From Octopus bimaculoides (taxonomy: Eukaryota): DNA of 54,852 nt. The position numbers and the translations under genes are program-made. The DNA lies in contig NC_068987.1 in the NCBI RefSeq assembly GCF_001194135.2, positions 15,537,364-15,592,215 on the forward strand. Reading direction: 5' to 3'. Positions 39,621 to 49,620 of this stretch are shown here, piece by piece. The stretch's first letter is position 1. Each line of letters starts with the position of its first letter. The notes beneath the pieces were generated by a model. That model did no database searches. It saw nothing but the letters and a program-made list of their open reading frames with translations, and was not told where the DNA came from.

Positions 39621-40112
39621 AGTTCAGTTTGTAATCTAAAATTGTAATAAAAGCATTCCTCTCAGCTAAAGTCTCTAACCTAATCTAAGTGCTGTCAGTT
39701 TGACTTCATTGTTAATGTTATCATCGGCCTGAGAGGCTGCCCTACTGAAATTATTGCAAAACATCATTTCTTCTGTTACTATTCATACACCATATTTTCT
39801 ACCCTGTATGAATTTATAGTCGTATCACAAAGGAGCAAAGTTTTATCAAAATTTGATATCTGATCTTCAGTACAAAAGACCTCTAGCTATACCATCCCAA
39901 TAATCATGTCTCATGATTGTTTGATTCCACTTTCTGCCTCAGGAAGGTCTGAGCTTGCCCAAAACTACTCAGTAACTTAACTTGACTAAGACATGGTTCT
40001 TATTACATAATACTGCATTCAAACCCATACCCACTCTATCATATATATTAAACGTGGTTGCTTTTTTACTCATGAACTCTCTTTGGATAACTATATCTGT
40101 GTGTGTGGTGTG

Positions 40113-40179
<67 letters not shown>

Positions 40180-40696
40180 CAATCATGCATGCATATCTAT
40201 ATTCATACATACATAGATATATAGGTATCAATCACGCAAATGTATATCCATCCATCCATATATATATATCATCATCATCATCATCGTTTAACGTCTGCTT
40301 TCCATGCTAGCATGGGTTGGACGATTTGACTGAGGACTGGTGTTTATATATATATATATTATACATATCACACAAATTGCACAGTCACACATTATTACAT
40401 ACATATAGGCATGTAGTACACATATATACATTAAGCGCATGCATATTTATGTCCATGCATTAAATACATTATATATCATACATAAGCATGTGCACACACA
40501 TATAAATATTCATATTTAAACACCCCTAGAGAGAGTTTTTGTCTTCTAATTGCAAAGACAATCTCAGTTAATCGAACTGAAATTTTTCATCTCATTATAT
40601 TACAAATGCAGGGTTCTACCATATATATATATATATAGTATGCATAATACTCCCCTGAGGTACAAACGAATATATTGTTCTGCTTCTGATATACAG

Positions 40697-40752
40697 TCAA
40701 CCATACTGGAAGATAACTATGAATATAAAACAGTAAAGCGGAAGGGGAAAAG
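40697..40752 (+). CDS. Candidate exon of an unidentified + strand gene
   Basis: Acceptor tattgttctgcttctgatatacAG and strong donor AAG|GTGAGA; only the phase 0->2 frame is open: STILEDNYEYKTVKRKGK. No homology recognised. Confidence 0.4.
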
Positions 40753-41281
40753 GTGAGACAATTTTCTTTCTCTTTTCCCTAACAAAAATATCAAGAAGAA
40801 AAAAAATAGTAATTTATGAGGAAATGCTTTAAGAAAATATTATAAATCAATATAAGGATATATTTTTGAACGGTTTGGTTTATATATAGTACAAAGTTCA
40901 ACGTTACCATATTTTTAAAATGTTTTATTTGCTCGATTTTAATTCATCCTCTTCTTCTTCACCACCACCACCACCACCGCCATCATTTCTTTTCTTCAGT
41001 CCAGTCATATTTTTGTTCTTAAGAGATTAACTATTAAATTTAAGTTTAATGGAAATTACTGCTTATGGAAATAACAAATTAGGGGCGCATTAAAGCAAAA
41101 GTGATAAAAATATATGATTGCCTTGCTTTATTCTCCTTTACTAACTTAAAAGCCATTAGTGTTTATTTGCATTGTTGATGGTCAATATCAAGAAACTAAA
41201 GATATCTTGTAATAACAATGATAGAAAATACTTATTAATATTCTAATCTATGAAGCAAATTTTTTTCTAGTAACTTACCGT

Positions 41282-41474
41282 AGGAGTGGCTGTGTGGTAA
41301 GTAGCTTGCTTACCAAACACATGGTTCCAGGTTCAGTCCCACTGCGTGGCATCTTGGGCAAGTGTCTTCTACTATAGCCTCGGGCCGACCAAAGCCTTGT
41401 GAGTGGATTTGGTAGACGGAAACTGAAAGAAGCCTGTCGTATGTATGTATATATATATATATATATATATATGT
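41282..41474 (+). mobile_element. Family A SINE head followed by (TA)n and an assembly gap
   Basis: Nearly identical to 36238-36395. Confidence 0.85.
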
Positions 41475-42271
41475 NNNNNNNNNNNNNNNNNNNNNNNNNN
41501 NNNNNNNNNNNNNNNNNNNNNNNNNNNNNNNNNNNNNNNNNNNNNNNNNNNNNNNNNNNNNNNNNNNNNNNNNNNNNNNNNNNNNNNNNNNNNNNNNNNN
41601 NNNNNNNNNNNNNNNNNNNNNNNNNNNNNNNNNNNNNNNNNNNNNNNNNNNNNNNNNNNNNNNNNNNNNNNNNNNNNNNNNNNNNNNNNNNNNNNNNNNN
41701 NNNNNNNNNNNNNNNNNNNNNNNNNNNNNNNNNNNNNNNNNNNNNNNNNNNNNNNNNNNNNNNNNNNNNNNNNNNNNNNNNNNNNNNNNNNNNNNNNNNN
41801 NNNNNNNNNNNNNNNNNNNNNNNNNNNNNAAAAAAAAAAAGAATAATGTATGAAAGATTTCTTGTTTAAAACCCAGAGCAATATTTGAAGAGGAGAAGGC
41901 AGTGAGCTAACAGAATCATTATGGCACCAGACAAAATGCTTAGCAGCATTTTTCGGTCTTACATTCTGAGTTTGAAATGTCACCAAGGCCGACTTTGCCT
42001 TTCATCCTATCAGCTTTAATAAAATAAGTACCAGGGAAGCACTAGGGGTCAATATAACTGACTTTGTCTGCTCCCCTAAAAATTGCTGGCCTTGTACCAA
42101 AATTAGAAAGGCATATTTGAAGAGGGGTGGGGCCTTGAGTTACTTAATCCAAACCTATATACTACCAATTCTTTATCTGAAAATTTGGATGAAGGAAAAT
42201 GCTAACTTAAGCAAGGTTTGAACCCAGAACCAAGAAAGATGAATCTAAATATTGTAATAAATCATTTAGAC

Positions 42272-42495
42272 CAGTGGTTGCCAAAAATGGGCAGTAATGC
42301 CCTGCCAGGAGTGATGGAAAGATCCAGGGAAGTGTTGAAGAAAAATAAAATGATAATGAGATTAATTAGGTAAATTTTTATTAGTGAAATATTGTTGTTT
42401 TGAATTTGCAGCAGAGAGTAGTCTGCATTTGCGGGGCAAGGAATGAGGCCTCATGGCCAAGAGGGTGGCAGCCTGAAAAAGTTTGGAAATCACTG
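42272..42495. mobile_element. hAT MITE
   Basis: TIRs cagtggttgccaaa / cagtgatttccaaa; TSD atttagac / atttagtc (7/8 identical). Confidence 0.8.
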
Positions 42496-42740
42496 ATTTA
42501 GTCCTTTGGTCTCCTAGTTCAGCCATCATCAGAGCCTTTTTTTAGTGTATGTAATAATATCTTACTGAAGAAGAATAACATGCAATCAGATGCATCAACT
42601 TAAAAATACGACATCATAATATCAGTTTTGGAGAGATGAAAGGTTAAAGCTGACCCAAGCATGGTGTGAACTTGGAAGGACAAAACTAAATATTCTAATG
42701 AATTTAGTCCAATACTCTCCAAGTTTAGAAATATACAATA

Positions 42741-43622
42741 TGAGGTCTGATCAATAAATATCCGAACTTTTGCTATAGTAATGAAGCTAAAACACACAGA
42801 GTAAAGCCGTTTGGCAAATATTGACCTTGAATTCTGCTGTGCATGTGCACTAAGTTTTAACATTCTAGCTCACTTCCGTTGTTTACAGCAGTGCTTGGAA
42901 GGAAGGTGTGTAGCATGTGATCGTCACATTGATCATGACAGAGAAAGTTGTCATGCCGATACCTGGTCAGAGGCCTCCACAAAGTTGTAGAAAGTGTATG
43001 AGCCACATACAAGTGACCGAGTGGTTCAGACGTTTCCAAGATGGCTGAAAAAATGTTGATACTGACGAATGTTCTGGGAGACCTACAACCAGCAGAACTG
43101 AGAAAAACACCACAGATGTGCGTGCAGCTGTGAGGGGTAATCATCGAATCACCATCCGTGAGTTATCAGAGGATGTCCAGATTAGTTACAGTTCAGTTCA
43201 GTCCATCATCCCTGAAGATTTGGGTATGAGACGCATGTCTGCCAAGTTTGTGCTAAAACTGCTTTCAGCTGACCAAAAAAGACACTCGGGTTTCAGTTGC
43301 ACAAGATCTCCTTGATTGTGTCAAGAACTATGAAAACCTTCTGAAAACTTTGCGTAAGCCTCTGAGCTAGTACTGCCAAGCTTTTGGCAAAATTTGACGC
43401 AAATTCTCCGCTCAACATTCTCCGTGATGGGCAATGCGATGATCACACGCTACACACTTTCCTTCCAAGCACTGCTGTAAACAGTGGAAGTGAACTAGAA
43501 TGTTAAAACTTAGTGTGCATGCACAGCAGAGTTCAAGGTCAATCTGTGCTAAACAGCTTCACTCTACGTGTTTCAGCTTCGTTACTATGGCAACAATCCG
43601 GATACTTATTGATCAGACCACA
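42741..43622 (+). mobile_element. Non-autonomous mariner made of left end + partial transposase + inverted left end
   Basis: TA...TA target duplication; same family as 28888. The last about 280 nt are the reverse complement of the left TIR, 5' UTR and first transposase codons. Confidence 0.92.
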
Positions 43623-43734
43623 TATATCATTTTTCAGTATGTAATGATTATTTCTAATACTGATACAAGACCATAAATTTAAGAAAGGAAGGAGATATTT
43701 GGTTGTATTTGTGTGTAATACTAACACCTAGCTG

Positions 43735-44135
43735 GAGTGTAATACTAAAAAATTGCCTGTGAGTAGCATTAAAAATTTGTCTGTGTGTTTCACTGACAAA
43801 TTGTGCATATTTATAAAGCTAAAAAATTATGTATATGTAAAGGTGATAGATTTTCTCAGTGTAACATTGATAAACTATGTGTGTGTCACTGACAAATTGC
43901 GTGTATTTGTAAAACTAAAAAATTATGTGTGTGTGTGTGTAAAGTTGACAGATATTTTAAGTGTAATATTGATAAATTGTCTGTGTGACACTGACAAATT
44001 GTGTGCGCAGATACTGAAAAACTGTTAAGTGCAACACTAACAATTTGCCTCTGTTTGACACAGACAAATTGTCTATGTAACACTAACAACTTGACTGTAT
44101 GCAACACTGATAAATTGTATGTGAATTTGTGACAG
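43735..44135. repeat. Degenerate minisatellite (about 23-nt core actgacaaattgtctgtgtg, with an about 105-nt higher-order repeat)
   Basis: Repeated ctgacaaattg/tgataaattg; 43790-43890 recurs at 43890-44000. Confidence 0.8.
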
Positions 44136-44515
44136 CGACAAGCAGCTTTTTCAAGAAGATGGCAAATTACTTTCTTTCTTTCTTTTTTCTTTAATGACAA
44201 TGACAGATTATCTTGGAAAAATACCAGAAGTTGTGATTAACTTTGAAGAGAACTGGTGCAGGTGAAGAAAAGAATTTGTTAAAATATAATGTTAATAACT
44301 GTTCTAGATGGCAGTAAAAATTTGATAGTTTGGTTTATGGCAGTAAATCCTGTGGTTTTTAACTAAAGAGTTAAACATAACCATTATTAGTTAATGACAG
44401 CTTCAGCTGAGCTCATTATTATTAAACATCATTTATTCAAACAGTTTTCAAATACTCGGTTAGTAATGTTAATTGTAATGAAATGTGAGGTCGACTTTAA
44501 AAAAATAAATACTTT

Positions 44516-44521
44516 TTTATT
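44516..44521 (-). promoter_or_regulatory. Candidate polyadenylation signal (AATAAA) of SLC37A4
   Basis: First AATAAA on the minus strand about 200 nt past the stop codon. AATAAA is common in AT-rich DNA, so support is weak. Confidence 0.3.
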
Positions 44522-44722
44522 CTCCAATTATGTAAGTAGTTGCTGCAATTTACAATCATAGCAACAGTGATTTTGTTAATGCACTCAATGACAACAAAAA
44601 TACACACAAAACAAGTTGCTATTTTCCAAGAGTCCTCAAAACCAAACATATTGAAAGCGTAGCTGTGTAGCAGCACTCCAGTATTTGAGGAAAATTTTGA
44701 TGGATGTATGAACAATCAGGTT

Positions 44723-44898
44723 TCAGGATGTTTTATCTCTTGTGTTGTCTTGTTGTTTCAGTTGACATTGCATACGGCCCAGCTGCCAGAGTAAGGCCAG
44801 TGCAATAACAGATGAATAGTTAATGTACACAAATGTTTGATGCCACCCTCGTTGACTGGCCAGATACGTAACCGGTAAGCCAGCGATCACACCACCAG
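44723..44898 (-). CDS. SLC37A4: SLC37A4-like terminal coding exon
   Basis: Acceptor ctaatttgtcttttttAG; phase 1; TGA at 44725-44723. (T)GGVIAGLPVTYLASQRGWHQTFVYINYSSVIALALLWQLGRMQCQLKQQDNTRDKTS* vs human [23 protein letters not shown]. Confidence 0.92.
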
Positions 44899-45095
44899 CT
44901 AAAAAAGACAAATTAGAGAAATGAAAAAAATTATTTTTATTGAAGGATATAAATGATGACTGATTTTTAAAATATTATTTTAATATTTCAATAATATTTT
45001 AAATATCTAAATATCATTTTAACACAAGTTAAAGACTAACAAAACATTCACAGAATGGATTTGGTAGATGGAAACTGAAAGAAGCCTGTCATGTG

Positions 45096-45126
<31 letters not shown>

Positions 45127-46894
45127 TCATCTTTGGGGAGGGGGATCTTTGTGTCTGTGCGTGTCCCCCACCCTGCTTGACAACTAGTGTTGGTGTGTTT
45201 ACATCTCCTATAACTTAGTGGTTTGGCAAAAGAGACCCATAGAATAAGTACCAGGCTTAAAAGATAAAGTACTGGGGTTGGTTCATTCGAATAAAAAATT
45301 CTTCAAGGCATTGCCCCAGCATGGCCAAGATAACTTATGCTGATATAAAATTAGAGATTTGCTTGATGGCTTATCCAACCGCCTGGCTAAATAAGCTTAT
45401 CAGACAAACATAAAATCCTAGTCGATATGAATTTTATATGAAAGAATACATATTTACAAATATTACATACTTAAGGCCCATTTTCTTCATAAGGAACCAC
45501 TGTTTTAGATTAGCTTGTTCTACGATTAACCTTTTAGCATTTAAATGTAATGTTCATTTATTCACATTGTTTTGAATTAATTATGCATCATCTCACAGCT
45601 TCGAGATTTTGATGATGTGACTGTTTATTTTTAGAATGACATTGTAGGCTAAGTGTGAGAGGCTGGATCTGGTCAATTTGAACATAAAACAGGTAAAATA
45701 TTTGGGCCAGATATAGCTGGTTTAATGATGTTCCAGTCTCAATCTTTTATTCATAAAATAATGTATCTTAGATGTCATTTTTTTTATATGACAATAGAAC
45801 TTGATTTGATGAAGATATGGCTACTATTTTTAGCAAGTCACAAAACCATGTAAAGCCTCCCTTGACAGCTTGTTTTCCATAACATTATGATAAAGATGTA
45901 CAATATCTTTTATTAAAATATGATGCTATGTGACTTCAAAATTCTCTATTCAAATGGACTTTCAGATATTCTGACTCAGTGCACTTAGCCATTGAGTTAT
46001 AATCCTTAATCAGGGCGGCCCTTTGCATCCCTCAGTTTGTTAAGCTTGCAACAGATTCCATTCTCATTTACATATGAATGATTAATAGCAAAGAGTGTAC
46101 TCATGCATGTATAAAAATTGGTGTTCAAATACAACCAAATTTTAGAAAAAAAAAAAAAAAACCTTTTCCATTTATAATAAATTTATAAGCACTATGTAAC
46201 AAACTAGCTACTCACTGGAATTGTTAGTCAACATAATATACCTGCTGAACCAAAGACTATCACACCTAGTTTCAATAATACATATGAAAATAAAGTGGAT
46301 GCAGTTTTATTGAACACCTGGAATTAATTATTAATACAATTGTTCTGGCTATATTGATATACTAATATGTCTATTGATGAACAGTCTTTAAAAGAAAATT
46401 GCAACTTGTGTTGTAACAGGCATGGCTGTGTTAAGAAGCTTGCTTCCAAACTGCATGGCCTTGAGTTCAGTCCTACTGCATGGCACCTTTGGGAACATTG
46501 TTCTACTATAGTCCTGGACTGACCAAAGCATTATGAGTGGATTTGGTAGATGGAAACTGAAAGAAGCCCATCATATGTATGTATACATATATATATATAT
46601 ATAAGGTGTGTTATGAGCATTTATAGAACATGTATCCTTCAGTTATCTAGCCATTGGAAATTCCTATATCTTTTTCCATGTTATAGAAAAAAGCTTTCCA
46701 TCTCATGCGCTTAATGAGGTCTGTAATTTTCAATGGCCAAATAACTGACGAGATGGCGGCGTGGGTTTCCGCCCCAGCATCCAAAACTCAGAGTTTTATC
46801 ATGGCCACCGAATAATTGTCACATATTTTTACAGATAAATTCCTCTATTTACATAATATCAAGTTCTCATTCTTTCTTTTGTTATCCTTCCTAT

Positions 46895-46943
<49 letters not shown>

Positions 46944-46946
<3 letters not shown>

Positions 46947-47601
46947 GGAAGTCAAAAATTATCTGCACTTTGCCATAACATATCTCTATTATTGTCACAC
47001 TGCTTTCTGCACATGTGTGCTTATAGTTGGTACTATCTTGGTCACATGATAGGAGTTTGAACCTGATTATGACATTTTTCTTTCTGGCTTTACAGTGTCA
47101 GCATGGCCACTCCACTAGCAAGTTGCACCAAAGAAGAACAAAGAGCAGTGATCCAATTTCTCTGGTCGATAAGTGTGTCAGGTGCTGAAATTCATCAGAG
47201 GTTTTTAGCACAATGCATGGACAGTGTACTACTGCATAGAAGTGTGCATGAGTGGATCGCGAACTTTATAAGTGGCTGGACAAGCATGACACACAAAGAG
47301 GGAGCAGGATGACCGTCAACCTCCACCACTGATGAGAAGATTCAGCAAGCTGAAAGGATGGTAATGGTGAACCGGTTCACCATTACCATCTCTCGGATCA
47401 CTGCTCTTTGTTCTTCTTTGGTGCATGTTGCTAGTGAAGTGGCCATGCTTACACTGTAAAGCTAGAAAGAAAAATGGTGCAATCAGGCTTAAAATTCGAT
47501 CACGTGACCACAATAATACTAACTATAAGCACACATGCGCAGAAGGCAGTGTGACAATAATAAACGTATATTATGGCAAAAGTGTGGATAATTTTCGACT
47601 T
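46944..47601 (+). mobile_element. Second mariner family: left end + 5' transposase + inverted left end, in the last SLC37A4 intron
   Basis: MATPLASCTKEEQRAVIQFLWS...G*PSTSTT (mariner HTH region). 47395-47601 is the reverse complement of 46949-47155, and a perfect palindrome lies at 47357-47390. Confidence 0.9.
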
Positions 47602-47734
47602 TTATATTTGATGATGATGATATTGTTATACACACGATTTCACGTCAAGAATCTTGCAAAACAAACACATAAATATCACACACACACACACACACACTTA
47701 TAAAATATATCAAATATAAATTGCAAATTTTTAC

Positions 47735-47873
47735 TATTTCCAAAAGCTGAACAGACGGAAGAAGCAGCACCACACATATGTCCTGGCACCGATTCCAAAG
47801 CAGCAACTCCACTAATTGTGAGAGGACCATACACAAAGAAGCCGATAGCGAAACCAACCAGAACAATAAATAT
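47735..47873 (-). CDS. SLC37A4: SLC37A4-like exon
   Basis: Acceptor gttttattcttacAG and donor GTAAAA; 139 nt, phase 0->1. IFIVLVGFAIGFFVYGPLTISGVAALESVPGHMCGAASSVCSAFGN vs human [46 protein letters not shown]. Confidence 0.92.
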
Positions 47874-48805
47874 CTGTAAGAATAAAACAAAAGATTAGAA
47901 TAAATAATTAAAAGAAAAAAAAAACAATCTGCAAAACACAAACCCCATCTTAGTTGCTGCTATTGCTGTTTAACCCTAGGTCAACACCTATTAGGTAGAT
48001 CTATCATCAAAGCCAATTTATTAATGAATATCTAATCTTTTATGTTTTACTTGTTTCAGTCATTAGACTGTGGCCATACTGGGGCACCACCTTCAAGAGT
48101 TTAGTTGAGCAAATCCCAGTCCTTATTTTTAAGTCTTGTACTTATTTTCTTGGCATCGTTTGCCAAACTGTTAAGTTATATGGACATAGACTAATAACAG
48201 TTGTCAAGTGGTGGAATGACAAAAATAAAGGCACACACACACACACACACAGAGATATATACACACGACAGGCTTCTTTCAGTTACCATCTACCACCAAA
48301 TTCACTCCTAACACCAACCACTCCACAGAGTGTACTGGTTGTCTTTTGTGTGTTAACAGTACAGGTGCCTTTTGCATGTCACTGGCACAGATGCTCTTTA
48401 CATATCACTGGCACAGGTGCCTCCCACAATATGTATTAAATAATGGTTTCTAATTTAGTCACAAAGCCAGTAATTTTGAGAAGAAGGGATTGGTCAGTAC
48501 CATCAACCCCAGTACTTGACTGGTACTTTATTTTACCAACCCCAAAAGGATGAAAGGCAAAGTTCGCCATGGCAGGATTTGATCTCAGATTGTAAAGAAC
48601 TGAAAGAAATACCACAAAGCATTTTTACCACTGCTCCAACAATTTTTTCAGCCTACCACTTTTTTTATTCTTTTTTTCTTGAGCCCAAGGATTAGGTTAT
48701 CTGGTTTACATGGTGTAAAAGTGACCGATATTATAACAAGCCCTCCTTTCACCACACACTCTGATGCCCCTAAGTATGCATGATAAATAAAACAAGTATA
48801 TTTAC

Positions 48806-48919
48806 CTCATTAGAATAATAATGGATGTGATGAACGAAGAGGTAGAGGGATAGAGTGACACCGAAACTAAAGTTCCGGGCAACGTTTAGACGGCATTTGA
48901 CTCTGCTGACAGATCCCGG
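48806..48919 (-). CDS. SLC37A4: SLC37A4-like exon (divergent)
   Basis: Acceptor tttgtttcctcatAG and donor GTAAAT; 114 nt, phase 0->0. PGSVSRVKCRLNVARNFSFGVTLSLYLFVHHIHYYSNE fills the slot of human [38 protein letters not shown] and has the same length. Confidence 0.82.
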
Positions 48920-49113
48920 CTATGAGGAAACAAACAAAATAAATAAAGGAATAAATAAATGAATAAATAAATAAATAAAAGGTATACTTAATTTTATGTT
49001 TTCTTTTTTAATGGTTAAGGAAGTTAGAAGCAATTCATTGAAATGGAATATTTAAACATTGAGATTTTGTCTAAAAAACAAAAATAGGAAAATGTGAAAG
49101 TAAGTTTGCTCAC

Positions 49114-49199
49114 ACTTGTGCTAGCTTTGTCAGACCAGATTCCAGAGACAATAGAACCTACAATACCGCCAACCTCCATACTGGATGCTACCATGCTAC
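49114..49199 (-). CDS. SLC37A4: SLC37A4-like exon
   Basis: Acceptor ttttcatttatAG and donor GTGAGC; 86 nt, phase 1->0. (G)SMVASSMEVGGIVGSIVSGIWSDKASTS vs human [28 protein letters not shown]. Confidence 0.93.
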
Positions 49200-49249
49200 C
49201 TATAAATGAAAAAAAAGAAACTAATAAATTGTCATGAAAATAAAGAATC

Positions 49250-49620
49250 ATCATCATTATCGTTTAACGTCCGCTTTCCATGCTAGCATGGGTTGGACGA
49301 TTTGACTGAGGACTGGTGAACCAGATGGCTGCACCAGGCTCCAATCTGATTTGGCAGAGTTTCTACAGCTGGATGCCCTTCCCAACGCCAACCACTCCGA
49401 GAGTGTAGTGGGTACTTTTACGTGCTACCGGCACGGAGGCCAGTCAGGCGGTACTGGCAACGGCCACGCTCGAAATGGTGTATTTTACGTGCCACCTACA
49501 CGGGAGCCAGTCCAGCGGTACTGGCAACGATCTCGCTCGAATGTCTTTTCACGTGCCACCGGCACAAGTGCCAGGAAGACGACGTTGGTAACAATCACGT
49601 TCAAATGGTGCTATTTACGT
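49250..49620 (-). mobile_element. RTE-tail-like retroposon (family E) with (GAT)n tail and internal 63-67 bp tandem units
   Basis: 3' end gcggacgttaaacgat(GAT)n and internal ggaagggcatccagc. Truncated copies at 20420-20505, 40267-40343, 32460-32650(+), 5690-5900, 9330-9750 and 16700-16920. Confidence 0.8.

Larger units (their letters stand above)
28021..41030 (+). other. Tentative multi-exon gene model (exons 28021-28107, 31525-31623, 33857-33905, 34684-34767, 35919-35968, 39871 or 39943 to 39971, 40697-40752, 41000-41030)
   Basis: AG/GT-bounded segments joining in one open frame (junction phases 1,1,2,2,1,0,2). Assembled by eye, several donors are weak, and no protein family was recognised. 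Confidence 0.25.

Noticed and set aside
31525-39971. Resemblance of candidate exon peptides to C9orf72/FNIP-like DENN proteins (e.g. HNVRRSEL vs YNQRRYMRSEL)
   Set aside because: Only scattered short matches in inconsistent frames; cannot support a family call without a profile search.
41160-41209. Candidate exon FICIVDGQYQETKDI downstream of a perfect TACTAAC branch-like motif
   Set aside because: Phase does not connect to the 40697-40752 exon or to the 44207 candidate without an unseen exon; left unassigned.
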